Assembly: GCF_004010195.1 (NCBI RefSeq)
Contig: NC_057749.1
Span: 23,604,999-23,668,998 of the forward strand
DNA: 64,000 bases
Origin: Chiloscyllium plagiosum
Taxonomy: Eukaryota
Direction of reading: 5' to 3'
Positions 1 through 13,850 of this stretch are shown here, in pieces (position 1 is the stretch's first letter; each line of letters opens with the position of its first letter). Made by a program: the position numbers and the translations under genes. Under the pieces are notes generated by a model. That model ran no database searches and was not told where the DNA came from. It saw nothing but the letters and a program-made list of their open reading frames with translations.

Positions 1-1294
1 TTTGATGCGCAAGGAATTTATCTGCATAACTGAACCCTTTAAACTCTGTAGAATACAACTGACATCTGTACTGTTAATGTAAGACCAATGTACCTTTTCT
101 GAAGGTGCTGTTCCCAAAACTGAATGCAAAACTCCATAGGGGATCAGACCAAGGGTAATGCAATTGGAACTTGCTCACTTTTGAACTCCAACCTTCCTGA
201 AATAAAGGCCAACATGCTATTAGCCTTTTCAATTCCTTTTCACACCATTGTGCTAGCATTTCGTGATTTATAAACCGGAATAGCCAAATCCAACACTGCT
301 CCAATCTCTCTCCATTTAGGATATATTCTGAGTAATCTTGACACGGAGTGGATAAAACTAGGTCAAATGTTCAATGGTGCTTGGTAACCTTTTCTTTCCA
401 TTTGCACAGTTTATCTCCCAATTCTGTAAACTTGGATGTACAACTGCTATTCCTGGAGCCGTGTCTTTGACAGATGTATTAAAAATCTGACGCCTCGTAT
501 ACTTCTCTAGGCAACACTATTAGTTAAGTTTTGCCTCAGTCAACAATTTTCATCTCTACACTTAATCTTCCATGCTCACACCACCTATTCAACAACCCAT
601 AACCAAAAGACTATCTCTGGTTCACTACATTTTTATTATCTTTTACACAGAACCTAATCAAAAATCATCTGAAAATCCATGCAAACAAAAATTAGCAGGC
701 AGTCCCTCACGTGTCATGTTAGTGACTTGCTCAAAATTTCAACTAGATTAAATCAAACATGCCCAACCTTTCACAAATCCAGCCAATTGCACAGTTACAA
801 GTAAAACTAAAAGGAGGGAAATGGAAATGAGAGCACAGGCACAGGAAGATGCTGCAGGTGGATGTTAAAGCCTGAAGACTAATAATGAACAAATAAGGAC
901 AGCCATTTTATGACAATTGCAGAAACCAGGTTGGAGAGACTCCAACAACAAGGAAGATGGGCACAGGTGGATACATCAGGTTTAACAAGTCTAAGAGGGC
1001 TTTGAGAAATTTGAGATGCCCTGTACTTTGCAGCAACAGTGAAGTCAAAACGGGCTTTTTTTGAGGAGACAAGTGACAACAAGTGTTTTAAGGGCTGGTG
1101 AGGAGGAAAAAAAGTGGGTAAAGGAAGGGGAAAACAAAAAAATCGGTGGCTAGAAGTTTAGAGAAAATGGAGTTGAAGAAGCAATTAACTGAACACAAAT
1201 TAGAAATAAAATGGCAGGATGCTTTGTTTGGTGTAACTGAATACCATGCTAGTTAGTGCATTCAAATATCAAGTGACTGGGGAGCTGCATTATA

Positions 1295-3760
1295 ATAGAA
1301 CATAGAAATGTACAGCACAGTTCAGGTTCTTCAGCCCATGATGTTCTGCCGAGAATTAATCCTGATCTAAAATAAAATCATCTAACCTACGCTCCTCTCA
1401 ATTCATTGCTGTCCATGTGAATGACTAGCAGGTCGCTGAAATGTCTCTAATGACTCTGCTTCCACCACTACCGCTGGCAAAGCATTCCACGCGCACACAA
1501 CTTTGCGTAAAGAACCTACCTCTGATGTCTCCTCTATACCTTCCTCTTCACACCTTAAAACTATGACCCCTCGTGGCAGTTGATCCTACCCTGGGGAAAT
1601 GTCTCTGGCTGTCTACTCTATCCATTCCTCTCATTACTTTATACACCTTGACCAGGTCACCCCTTTTCCTCCTCCTCTTCAGAGAGAAAAGTCCGAGCTT
1701 AGTCAACCTCTCCTCATAAGGCAAGCCCTCCAGTCCAGGCAGCATCCTAGTAAACCTACCTTGCACCATATCCAAAGCCTCCACATCTTTCCTATAATAT
1801 TGCAACCAGAACTGGACAAAATATTCCAAGTGTGGTCTCACCAGGGTTTTGCAGAGCTGCAATAAAACCTCACAGCTCTTAAACCCGATCCCCCTGTTAA
1901 CAAAAGCCAAAATACCATATGCTTTCTTAACAATCCTATCCACTTGGGTGGCAACTTTAAGGGATCTATGCACTTGAATAGCAAGATCCCACTGTTCCTC
2001 CACATTGCCAAGAATCCTGTCTTTAATCCTATATTCAGCATTCGAGTTCAACCTTCCAAAATGCATCACTTCGTATTTATCCAGGTTGAACTCCATCTGC
2101 AATTTCTCAGCCCAGCTCTGTATCCTGTCAATGACATTCTGCAGCCCGCAATAGCCCTTGATACTATCAACAGCACCTGCAACCTTTATCATTGGCAAAT
2201 TTACTAACCCACCCCTCAACCTCCTCATCCAAGTCATTTATAAATAACTACAAAGAGCAGAGCCTTGCGGACCCCACTGAACACTGACCTCCAGGCAGAA
2301 TACTTTCCATCTACAACCATTGTCTGCCTTCTGTCAGCCAACCAATTCTGAATTCAGACAGCCAAATCTCCCCGTGTCCCATACTTCCTGACTTTATGAA
2401 TGAGCCTACCATGTGGAACCTTATCAAATGCTTTGCTGAAGTCCATGTACACCACATCCACTGCTCTACCTTCATTGACCTGTCTCGTCACCTCCTCAAA
2501 GAACTCAATGAAGTTTGTGAGGCATGACCTGCCCCTCACAAAGCCATGCTGACTGCCTTTAATCACATTATGCTTTTCCAAATATAGTCATAAATCCTAT
2601 CCCTCAATTCTTTCCAAAACCTTGCTGACCACAGACGTTAGACTGACTGGTCTGTAATTACCAGGGATTGCCCTATTCCCCTTCTTGGGAAGGGGAACAA
2701 CATTCACCTCCTTCCAATCCTCTGTTACGACTGACGTGGAGAGTGAGGAAGCAAAGATCTTCGCCAACAGCTTAGCAAACTCCTTTTTCACTTCCCGGAA
2801 CAACCAAGGATAAATCTTGTCTGGTCCTGGGGACTTATCAATCTTAATGTTTGCCAAAATTTCCAGCACATCAACTTCATCAATCTTGATCTGGTCAAGC
2901 CTGTTTCCCAGCTCTTCAAAGTTCTCATTCACAACAAGGTATCTTTCCTTAGTGAAAACAGAAGCAAAAAACTCATTTAGGGCTTCCCCCATCTGCTCAG
3001 ACTCCACGCACAACTTCCCTACGCTATCCCTTCTCCATGATCATTTTTGTATTCCTCATGTATATGCCTTTGTGTTCTCCCTAACCCTTCCTGCCAAGCC
3101 TTTTTCATGCCCCCTCCTGGCTCTCCTCAGTCCATTTTTGAGCTCCTTCCTAGCAAGCCTGTAATCCTCAAGCTGTGCTAGACCCTTGCTGACTCCACCT
3201 TACATAAGCTGCCTTCTTCCTTTTGACGAGAAGCTCCTCGGTTCTAGTCAACCTAGGCGCTGGAACAAATTTATGCATCACTTGCAACAACTGCTCCTTA
3301 AACAAAGTCTCCACGCCTGTTGAGCCAGTCCGTGGAACAATTGCTCCCAGTCTGTACTTCCCAACTCCTGTCTGATAGCGTCAAGATTTCCTTTTTCCCA
3401 ATTAAATATTTTCCTGTGGTAAATACTCCTTTCCCTCTCCATGGTTATGGTAAATGAGAGACAGTTGTGGTCACTGTCAAACTGTTCCCCCATCACAAGA
3501 TCTGATGGCCGGCCTGGCTCATTGCTGAGCACCAAATCCAAAAAGGCCTCTTCCCTCGTCAGCCTGTCTACATACTGAGTAAGGAACCCTTCCTCAACAC
3601 ACCGAACAAAAACGGCTCCATCCAAACCATTGGGACTAAGGAGGTTCCAATCAATATTGAGAAAGTTGAAGTCCACATAACAACAACCCTGCTATGTCTG
3701 CACTTTTCCAAAATCTGCTGGTCTATGAGTTCTTCAATCTCCCTACTGCTATTAGGGAGT
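1295..3760 (-). mobile_element. CR1-clade (HER1-type) LINE, 5'-truncated, disrupted ORF2
   Basis: ORF fragments with CR1 ORF2 motifs: DFNFLNIDW (EN), KSPGPDKIYP, GNYRPVSLTSVVSKVLE, QHGFVRGRSCLTN, YMDFSKAFDKVPH, LVRPHLEY; simple-repeat 3' tail near 1295. Confidence 0.93.
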
Positions 3761-4155
3761 ATATAATGCTGAATGCAACAGGAGAAGAATGCATTGGAAG
3801 GATCTTAACATGGAAATAGATCCAAACCATTATCAAGCAAGAGAGAGACAAAAATCTTAAGAATTAAAACGTCAATCGAACAAAGAACGGAAGTCTGAAC
3901 CATCAGAGTAAATACTTTTGTTTCTCAAGCACAAAGCATTAAGCTTTGGCTCTATGATTGAACTAAATCAAAAGCAGATGAACTGGTCGTTAATTTCTTA
4001 GCTGTCAGTACTCTCTGTAAATTAAATATCACATTTTCCAACATTGATTGCATTCCAAAAAGACTTAAAAGCTTTGGATGTGAAAGGTGCTACATAGACC
4101 GACCTTCCCTTCACTTGAAAAAATAGCTTTCGCTTGCATTAGAATCAATACTTAC

Positions 4156-4348
4156 AGCATCATAAATCAGTTCCACGGGTTGGGACTCAACACTTAGAAG
4201 TTGATCTGCTTTGCTTTCTTCTGGATTAATCTCAAAACACACATTCAGCAAAGACGACTCTGTTCCTCCAACAGAAGCCATGAGAGATGGAACTGTATTC
4301 TGCTGTTTCAAGCCTGTAACATACCAGTGTTCCAGTCGAGCCTCCACC
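4156..4348 (-). CDS. VPS13C: VPS13C coding exon (exon 20 equivalent)
   Basis: VEARLEHWYVTGLKQQNTVPSLMASVGGTESSLLNVCFEINPEESKADQLLSVESQPVELIYDA, cf. human VEAKLEHWYITGLRQQDIVPSLVASIGDTTSSLL...; 193 bp; cag/gtaag. Confidence 0.97.
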
Positions 4349-4767
4349 CTGCAAAAGGGGACACAAGTGTGATTAGTTTTAGAAGGTAGCGATGTGGTTA
4401 GGTCAGACATGGCAAAAGTGTGCTCAGTGAGGTTCTGCAGAACACATTGGTGGGTGCATTATCCATTTGCCCTCCAGTGGCTGACAAATTGACAGCCCAG
4501 CCTTAACCAACTACCGCTGACATTCCAAATTAATACAGCAAAGCCCAGCTCTACCAACCAATTTAGTAGTTAAACAATATGGTGCCGATTTTTGTCTAAT
4601 TACAACAGAAAACCCATCCACATTTATGTAGTTCTCCTTCCAAAGAAAATAAAAACATCGGCATTTAATGGGAAATTGTAAAGCATAGAGGTTCAATAAT
4701 CAAAAATATTACAGTAACGTGCAACAATTTATTTACTTAACACAGCGATGAGAAATAAAACTCTTAC

Positions 4768-4910
4768 TTAAGGCCTTTGGCTCCAGGACGTTGAAACACA
4801 CTTGTACTCAGATCTATCATCTGCACATTGAGTATCTCTGGAACATTGGGTTCTTCTCGGATTGTGATGGAGGTAGCAACCAACTTGAAGCTAATCACAT
4901 TTGCTACATA
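4768..4910 (-). CDS. VPS13C: VPS13C coding exon (exon 19 equivalent)
   Basis: YVANVISFKLVATSITIREEPNVPEILNVQMIDLSTSVFQRPGAKGL(K); 143 bp; cag/gtaag. Confidence 0.96.
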
Positions 4911-5379
4911 CTGCAAAACATCAATAATAACAGGAAATGAAAACTCTTCAACTTCAACCTAATCTGTTCTCACTCTTATCAGAGACCAAAGTGAATAAAC
5001 TTCATGCTATGACAGTGAACACACAATTGCTGGAACAGGATATTGACCAAATTTCAACAAAATGAGACCACTAAAAATGATAAAACCTCTTGTTCTATTA
5101 CCAAATCACCATAGCTTTACCATTTCAAAATTAAAACTTTGGGATTTCATAGAACAAGACCTCAACATGCCTTAAAAAAATTGCAAGATGTGCAAGAGAC
5201 AACACACAAAAATGCAAAGGAGAAAGAACAGATCCTAACTATTGGGAAATATACCAAGGACAGTGAAAAGTTCAACATTTACAACTCGAAAACAAGAACG
5301 GCCATTCCGTTGAAAAACAGTTGTTGTCAATGAAATAAGGAAGTGGCAAACATGTTGAGGTCAACATGCCAGACATGCA

Positions 5380-7430
5380 AATGAAATGAAGATTGCATCA
5401 ATTTCAGGAACTGATCAACCTCCAGAAATATCCCAGGAGTTAAAGGAGGTCAAAATTGTCACAACTTTCACCTTCCAAAGTTGTCACAGTTTGGCAACTG
5501 TTCCTTTCAACTACAAGGTTCTGTTCATTATTCAGTTCCTTAAGAAAGGCCAAGTAAAGCAAGAAAACTATAGGCCTGTTAGTAAAACATCTGCTGTTAG
5601 CAAATTGGTGGATTCTACATTGAAGGACAGGGTGAATAAGGACCTTGAAACTTTTCAGTGAATCAGAATGCATTTATAATGATGGGTGGCAGCTGATTGA
5701 AATGACTGAATGTTTTGTAGAAGTGACTGAAGTATTGGTCATGGGCAAGTTCATGAATGCCATTTACATAGACTCCCAGAAGGCACCTGATAAAGTCCCT
5801 CATAGCAGACTGTTTGCTAAAGACTGTTCATGAAACTGAAGGCAACTTACTGACCTAGTCCAGAAACTGGTTAACTGACAGGGAACAAACAGTTGGAATA
5901 ACAGACGAATATTCACATTGGCAAAATAGGACTAATGGAATCCCTAAAGGATTGTGTTAAGAGCCATACTCATCAATGACTTAAAGTTTGGAATCGTAAA
6001 TCATAGATCAGAAATTTTAAATATAACACTCGAAACAATGTTAATTAAGTTGTACCATTGTAAAAAGGCAGAGCCATCGTCTGGAAACAGACCCTTCAGT
6101 CCAACTTAGTCCACACCAACCATGTTCCTAAACTAAACTAGTCCCACCTGCCTGTGCTGAGCCCCTACCCCTTCCTATTCATGTACTCATCCAAATGTCT
6201 TTTAAACATTGTAACTATACCTGTACCCTCCATTTCCTCTGGAATTTCATTGCACACATGAATCACAAAAAAAGTTGCCCCTCATATCCTATTTAAATCT
6301 TTCCCTTCTCACCTGAAAAGTTTGACCTCTAGTTTTGAAAACCACCCCCATCTAAAAGACCTTGGCTTTTCACCTTCGAGATATTTATAATATCATGAAG
6401 GGGATTTATAAGGTCAACTCTCAATCTCCTATGCTCCAGTGAAAAAAAGTCCCAGCCTATTCAGCCTCTCCATAAACTCAGACCCTCCATTCCCGGCAAC
6501 ATCCTGGGAGTTTTTTTTTCGAACTAACTCCAGTTTAATAATATCCTTCCTATAATAGGGCAACCAGAACTACACAGAACATTCCAGAAGTGGCCTCACC
6601 AACATCCTGCCCAACCTCAACATGACATCTCAACTACAATGTTCAAAGGTCTGAGCAATGAAGGCAAGGGTGCATAATGCCTTCTGAACCTGTCTACCTC
6701 TGATGCAAGTTTCAAAGAATTATGTACCTGAACCCATAGGTCTCTGCTCTACAATACAACCTTGCCTTTATCCCAATTAAATTCCATCTGCCACCACTCA
6801 GTCCATTGACCCAATTGATCAAGATCTCATTGTAATCTGAGGTAATCTTCTTCACTGTCCATTATGCCACCAATGCATAAACTTTCCAACCGTGTCATGT
6901 TGTCATCCAAAGAGTTCATATAAATGACAAACACAAGTGGACCCAGTACTGATCCCTGTGGAATACCACTGGTTTATTGATAGATTTCAGTGAATGGACT
7001 ATGAAACAAAACTCTGGCAAAGGGAGGTCAATGTTTGCAAATGCAATCTAATCCACTTTGGAACTAAAAAGGGAAATAAAAACTTTGTAAATTCTGAAAA
7101 GCTGGAAACTAATAGAGGTCCAAAAGAGGATCAAGTGCATGACCAATTAAAATGTAATGAGTAGTCAGAGAAAATAACCAAAAAGGTTGATGGAATGTGT
7201 GCCATTCTATCTCAATAGAGTAGAAAGCCATGCTTCAATTATACAAAACCATAATCAACCTCATCTGGAGTATCTAGCGTAATACTGAGCAACGAAACAT
7301 ATACTGGCCTTGAATGTAATACTGAGTAGATTCATTGAAAGGAAAGCTGGATTCTAAAGGTTGTGTCACGAGGAGAGATTACACAAAATAGATTAGTGTT
7401 TCTTGAAAATTGAAAGTATAAGGGATAACT
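5380..7430. mobile_element. Old plus-strand CR1 fragment interrupted by a minus-strand CR1 3' fragment (~6070-6975)
   Basis: ENYRPVSKTS and IDSQKAPDKVPHSRL on +; the internal segment resembles the 3' ends of other minus-strand CR1 copies in the window. Confidence 0.75.
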
Positions 7431-8005
7431 GAGGGAGATGGGAAGGAAGGTATGTTAAGCTGCGCGTCAGGTAGTCCAAGTAGGGGACAGAAGTCAAGCA
7501 GATGGAGGTGGGGGAGGAGCACTTGGTGCTGAGATGTCAAGTACTAAGCAGGGTTCGGGGAAGACCACAATCGGACTAAATCAACCTGTTCTTATCAGTA
7601 CACTAAGAAAACCAGAATTAGACTGAGAGGAGTCAGGAGGGGTTCCCAAAGTGGAGTGGGTTAAGAGTTGCCTGAATGAGATTCCAGGATCCCAATGATT
7701 CCATTGTTGAGGGAAGTATGTGCTGAACAAGAATTTATTTTCGAAAAAAAATTGACTGAAAAATTTTGAATCCTGTTAAAAGTCATTGACCAATTATAAT
7801 TATGTATTGCTGTCAATGAAATATACAGTCAATTCCCCAATCCAACAGCATAATCAGATTATACTAGTGAGATCTCAGAAATCATAGACAAGAGAATTCC
7901 TTCAAGTATCATTTCTGCCCTGGCAATGTTGGATCACCCAATCAGCTGTTATTCAAAGTTTATCGATGTACTATTTTGTTACATTTAATTAAGAAAATTA
8001 GGCAC

Positions 8006-8100
8006 CTCTTTGGGCAAGGTCAGGTTGTGGGAGCTCTCACTGTATCCAATAGCAGTGTACAGCTTGGTCTTTTCTTCAGCTGTCATAAGGTCATTAATAC
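8006..8100 (-). CDS. VPS13C: VPS13C coding exon (exon 18 equivalent)
   Basis: (S)INDLMTAEEKTKLYTAIGYSESSHNLTLPKE; 95 bp; cag/gtgcc. Confidence 0.96.
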
Positions 8101-8903
8101 CTGGTTAAATCCAATCAAAGAAATATGAGCAAATTCTGAGCCATACAAAGAATACTGAAAGCTTCTGAGACTTCAAACTAAAATTCTGTAACAGAGAAAC
8201 ATTGATAAGAAATGCACATTTAGTATGTTATAGTGTCCATCAAGTCCACAGATTTTCAAGCATTGATAGAGCAGTTACTTTTGCACATAAACACCAATTT
8301 TAATTTAGTGTGATGAAATGAGAGATTTTTATATAAAAAGTTTCAATCAAAGTTAGAGCTTGGATTTCAAACAAGTGGTATAGCTTAACAATAAAGACAA
8401 GATCAGCATGTCTTTACAGAACCAATATCTAAACGCAATACATGACAAAGAGTGGATGATCCTTTACAGTGCCCTTGATCATGCACAAGACAAACTTTGA
8501 ACTATACCTGCTGCAAGAAGCCAAAAGTAAAAACAACGATGAAAGTGGATTTCTTTACCCTGCAACAGTTCAACTCTGACAAGTTGCTTGGTTTTATAAT
8601 GGACTGTTTGAAAGGCAGCAAAATGATTGGGTCAGTTGGCTTCAGTGGTGTACTTACACAACCTCTCAGCGAGGACAAAAACACTCCAAACAGAAAAAGT
8701 AACCATTTTGCGCTGACTACTATTCTTCAGGGTTCTGGCAGGACTTGAAATTTTAACCTTATTTCACTCTCTACAAATGATGCTAATTTAGTATTTCAAG
8801 CATTTTCAGTGCTTATTTCAAATTATTACACTTATTAAATTATCATGGATTATTATCAAATTATTAAATTATTACCACAGTTTATCATGGATATTTCACT
8901 AAC

Positions 8904-9036
8904 TTTCTGGAACTGATTTTTCTTCCTCTTCACCCTTCTTCTTGGACTCTTTTCTTCCCCAAAATCCACGGAACCAACCCCCACTCTGCTTCTCTGATCC
9001 CTTCTTCCCCAGCATCTTATGTCCTGATCTGATGAC
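8904..9036 (-). CDS. VPS13C: VPS13C coding exon (exon 17 equivalent)
   Basis: VIRSGHKMLGKKGSEKQSGGWFRGFWGRKESKKKGEEEEKSVPE(S); 133 bp; cag/gttag; separated from the previous exon by an 80 bp intron (9037-9116). Confidence 0.95.
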
Positions 9037-9116
9037 CTGGAAACACAAGAAAACATTTTGTGAGTAGGACATTAAAATCTAGAATAAATCACTCAAAGTT
9101 TCACAATCAGAGTTAC

Positions 9117-9179
9117 CTCCACATGTGCCTGTTGTCTCGCTAATGTGATGTTGAAAATATCCAGTGATTTCTCCAGGTT
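9117..9179 (-). CDS. VPS13C: VPS13C coding exon (exon 16 equivalent)
   Basis: NLEKSLDIFNITLARQQAHVE; 63 bp; cag/gtaac. Confidence 0.96.
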
Positions 9180-10069
9180 CTGAGAAGAATACAAAATAAA
9201 TTGATAAGTGCACAATAAAAAATACATATAAAGCAGCAGAGCATTTTAAAATATAATGACAAGTTCTTGCTGAATGGATGGAACCTCTGAAGAATTGAGT
9301 CCTCCTCATGCACTAACTCACATTCACCCCTGAAGAAACACCGCAAACACAATGTGTTGTCATTTTACCTTCATATTGTCTTGGAGATTGTGCATGTACA
9401 AATTGGTTGTTGCATACGCCCAAATTACAACAATTGCAACATATCCTGGTCTCAATATTAAAAAAGGACATAGTACCACTTAGGAAGATACTAGCTCGAT
9501 TTGAGAGATGATGCCAAAACTTAAGATTGCAACTAACAATAAAAATTGAACAGTAAAAAGTCTCTTTTCTCAGAATTGTCAGTTGAGCTGATTGAAATCT
9601 TTGTCAAAGGACTTAATAGGGTCAAAGAGAAAGGTTTTCATTTTATTTACTAACCTATATGGATCTTTATCGAAAACCTGAAAAGCCAAATACACCACAC
9701 TCACTGCTTTCCACTTATTCACCTGCATGTACATCCTCCAAAAGCTCAGTCTTCCCATTATTTATGAAGTGTACAGTTATCACATACTTCACATTTGATT
9801 CCAACACCTTCCCTGCCCCGATATAAGACTAATAGGACTGTTATTGAGTTTTCACTCTTTTCTCTCCGTAGTCTACAGGGATAATTCCAGAATCTGAACA
9901 ATTTTGTAAGACAGTCGTCAATGCATCCACTATCTCTACAGTCAACCCTTCAACACCTTGGGACTAAAGCATGAAGTCCAGGGGATTCATGCTTCTTGCC
10001 ACTTGACTTCCATAAAGTATGGTCCATTCTTTATCAGTTTGAGTCTTTGATTGTTGAATTCTAAATATT

Positions 10070-10234
10070 TGAGGAGAAAGTGAGGTCTGCAGATGCTGGA
10101 GATCAGAGCTGGAAATGTGTTGCTGGAAAAGCGCAGCAGGTCAGGCAGCATCCAGGGAACAGGAGAATCGACGTTTCGGGCATAAGCCCTTCTTCAGGAA
10201 TGAGGAAAGGAATTCTAATTCTAATTTAGAATTA
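10070..10234 (-). mobile_element. PLE pseudo-LTR fragment, family A, with 14 bp TSD
   Basis: TSD gaattctaaatatt at 10056-10069 and 10235-10248; body matches the 3' end of the GIY-YIG PLE at 53995-54600. Confidence 0.85.
10165..10202 (-). ncRNA. Minimal type I hammerhead ribozyme motif, sense to VPS13C
   Basis: Minus strand reads auuc-CUGAAGA-a-GGGC-uuau-GCCC-GAA-ACGU-C-gauu; stem I has one U-U mismatch. Confidence 0.65.
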
Positions 10235-10926
10235 GAATTCTAAATATTACCAATCCTCGGGTTTACAACCTTATGCCAAGTCCTACGGCAACTTGACAAC
10301 ACTGCAATCTTTGTTATCTCTTATTTGCCAGAGCTTAATCACTTTCCGTGTCAGGCTTTGTTCTCATAGGAATATATTTTTGTTGTAATCCATGTTGATA
10401 ATTCTTGAATTGAAAGCCATAATCTCATATCCTCATACATTTCAATGTAGTTTTCCAGTCTCCCATAGCCAACCTGCCTCTTACCTTCTATTTCCTTTAT
10501 TTAGATTCAAGATTTGAATGCTGATTGAACGACATCACTTTCAGAGCAAATGTAAAATTCTAGCATATCTTCACTTTTCCTTAAAAGTTTCTTTTAACAA
10601 TAAGATTAACAACTAGGCCTTCACCACTGTACAATGCGAGACCAAAGAATTGTTCTCTATTTGATTTACCAACAGTACTGATCAGAAAGCCCATCTTTTA
10701 CACAAACCAGGAATTGTGTGGGATAAGGAGAAGAAATTTCTTTTCTTTAATTTTTTTCATTTTTCTTCCACAGAGAGCAAAAGAGGTTGTTTAGATAGAT
10801 GTCATGACCCCAACTGCCAAATTAATGCTACAATCTGGCTCGGGGCTAGTAACTTTTCATTTTCAAGTGATCAAACAGCGAGATCCAGGGACTTACTGAG
10901 AGAACTAAGCCACAAGATTTCACAGT

Positions 10927-11178
10927 CACAAGTGTGGTGCTGGAAAAGCACAGGTGGTCAAGCAGCATCAGAGGAGCAGGAGAATGGGCGTTTTGGACAT
11001 GAGCCCTTCATTAGAAATAACACTTGTGGGTCGGGAGGCTGAGAGATAAATGGGAGCTGGGTGGGGCTGGGGGCAAGGTAGCTGAGAATTGCAATAGGTA
11101 GATAAAGGTGGGGGAGAAGGCGGTATATGTCAGAGGAGAAGGTGGAGCTGATTGATAGGAAAGACAATGGATAGATCA
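10927..11178 (-). mobile_element. PLE family A 3' fragment, degraded
   Basis: gctggaaaagcaca...gcagcatcagaggagcaggag followed by the purine-rich segment shared with 19088-19230 and (reversed) 54350-54600. Confidence 0.75.
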
Positions 11179-11954
11179 AGTTTTGAACAACCATGAACTT
11201 TACTGTATTACTGTTGTAATGCTGCAATGTGCTAAACATGTATAACTTACTTCTAACACCCAGGGTTAACATGTGGAAAGTCAATAATAGATTGTGATCA
11301 GACATCCTAAAGCACACACCAAACAGCAAATGAGATCAAACCAGATCCCATAGATTTCTCAGCAATTCTCATCAGTCATTAAATGACATGTTAGGCCATC
11401 AAATCTCACCCGAATTTCACAAGGGATAACAATTCTTCATTTTCGCCAAGTTGGCCTTGAGGAGCTTTCTCAAGAGCTATTCCATCATGGACTGCCTCAG
11501 CAACAGCTCTGGTTCAAGTCAAATCACTATCCTTTCCACAGTCTACACCCTCCGGACTCCGGAAACCACCTTCCACTACTTATTCATAGGCTCAACGCTA
11601 GCTTTCCCAAACTATAACCACTCTTGAACATATTTCTGAGCTCCAAGCTAGTCCCTTGTATCAAGCAAATACTGCTCAGGAGTTTTTCAATCCCCAGGAT
11701 CTCAGCTGCACCAGATGCTTGCAGGCTTCTTTTAAGCTTCTCACTGCTTCCTCCAATCGCAGACACCAACAACCTTCCAATTTTCTCAGCTCCAACACTT
11801 AACTGTCAACTAATTCCCAGAACTTCTCAGAGTTATAACTCCTCAGAACAATTCAATTATTCTTGACTCCTCACCAAGTCCCCTATATATAATCCATGTA
11901 GTTCAACTGCCTTCCCAGCAGTACCGCTGACTGAAGCATTCCTAACTTGGAGTC

Positions 11955-12445
11955 TACAGTCACAGAGAAGAACAGCACGGAAACAGACCCTTTGGTCCAA
12001 TTCTTCCATGCCAACCAGATATCCTAAATTAATCTAGTCCCATTTGTCAGCACTTGGCCCATACCCCACTAAATGTTTGCTATACATATAGCCATCCAGG
12101 TGCCTTTTACAGGTTGTAATTGTACCAGTCTCCACCACCTCCTCTGGCAGCTCATTCCATACATGCACCACTCTACATGAAAAAGTTGTCCCTTATATCC
12201 CTTTTAAAATCTTTCCCCTCTCACCCGAAAACTATGCCCTCTAGTTCTGGATTCCCCCACTGCAGGGGAAAAGACCTTGTCTATTTACCCTATCCATGCC
12301 TCATGATTTAAAAAATCTCTATACAGTCACCCCGCAGCCTCCAACACTGCTGTGAAAACTGCCTCCGTCTATTCGCCCTCTCCCTAAAAGCTCAAACCCT
12401 CCAACATCCTTTTCTGAACCCTTTCAAGTTTCACAACATCCTTAC
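11955..12445 (-). mobile_element. CR1/HER1-type LINE 3' end
   Basis: Starts with the agtcacagag..acagcacggaaacagaccc tail shared with the copies at 24336 and 38078. Confidence 0.8.
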
Positions 12446-12762
12446 TTCTGTCAGTTCCTTTCTCCAACTTAGTGTAATCTTTGAACGGTTGACCCCAAAC
12501 CATGCAATAAGCTTCCACCCTATCACTGCGTATAATTGAAATGTTGCTACCTGGCAACTCTTGGATTCCTTTCAGAAATGTTATGAGCTAGGGATTTCTG
12601 GCTTGCTTATTAGAAAAATGGATAGAGGATTTCAATGCACAGATGTTGATCTACAAAGGTGTACAATGATAGATGTGCAGACAAGAAAATGAGTTAAGAC
12701 CACAATCAAATCAGTCTTCATCCTCCTGACCTTGTTCAAATTGTTTTAAAAATTAGTTTTAC

Positions 12763-12934
12763 CTGAAGTTGTTTCAATACTTCTTCAGAAAGTTTGGTCT
12801 GTGTCAGTTTGTTTTTATAAGCCACTTTGTAAGCCTTCAGATTTTGCCTGTGACTTTTAATGTTGCCCCAGGACCACATGCGATATCTTCTTCGGACATG
12901 AACTTGCAGAATTCCTGTAACTGCATATTTCCAC
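12763..12934 (-). CDS. VPS13C: VPS13C coding exon (exon 15 equivalent)
   Basis: WKYAVTGILQVHVRRRYRMWSWGNIKSHRQNLKAYKVAYKNKLTQTKLSEEVLKQLQ; 172 bp; tag/gtaaa. Confidence 0.97.
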
Positions 12935-13479
12935 CTAGGAAAAGAAAACTTACTAATTTATGGGTAAAAAAATTGCGTTTCCTTGGTAAAAGTGCCACAG
13001 AAAACAATGAATTAGCAAAGCAAATCACAACAGCATTGAGACAGCATGCCAGAATGGATTCTTGTATAAATGGTTTTCATGCTTTTCTCCAACTGCATTG
13101 AGTGAGAAGGAGGGATTTTCTTTCTAGCGTACTGCATACACTGTGCCAAATGCACTAGCACAGACACTGACCAACAATGCTGCACCTCCAGTGACACAAT
13201 CATTCAAATGAGCTGTTAAATCCAGTGCACCTCAGTCCTCAAGTTTGTTCGCATTCTGTTTTCCAATAAGGAAACAGAAATAACTAAAAAAAAAGTCTAA
13301 TTTCATCCTGTAAAGAATTTACTTAATTATTTACCCAAATGTAAAGATATAACTAAATGAACTCAGTTATGATTCTTGATTAGTTACCTTGTTAAACAAT
13401 AAAAAATATCCACCACTTCCAAAAGCAAACCAGCAACACATGGTCCTTCCAACACTATGTTGCCCTTTAAATCATTGCA

Positions 13480-13850
13480 TATAGCACTCATGCCTGAGTC
13501 AGAAGGTTCAAGGCTCACACAACAGAGACTTCAGCACATAATACAGGTGAGCTGGCAAATTAGTGCAATATCACCGGAGTGCTGGACCTCCTGAAGTATA
13601 CATTTTTAGATGAAACATAAAACTAAAGGTGCCTGAGCCTTCCAAGGGATGGACAGGGTCTTATGGCACCACTTTAAATAGAGAGCAGGGGCCATGTCAA
13701 CATCACTTAAAACAGACTTGGGCACATGTTGAATTGATGTTCCAGGAAGTGGACTATAATGTTCCTGCATTGCAACAGCAACTTTTATCCAATAGCTGTG
13801 AAGTGCTGTGGAATGCCAAAAGCACGACAGAGATGCCAAGTTCTCTTTCA
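13480..13850 (+). mobile_element. Old Deu-domain SINE (SacSINE1/AmnSINE-like)
   Basis: Degenerate head (cactcatgcctgagtcagaaggtt), Deu-like core (gatgaaacataaaactaaagg...atggcaccactt..agagcagggg) and tail; related fragments near 4000-4100, 9280-9440 and 30560-30930 (-). Confidence 0.55.

Noticed and set aside
1548..3676. Long RT/endonuclease-like ORFs as functional genes
   Set aside because: Frameshifted, internally deleted CR1 ORF2 fragments.
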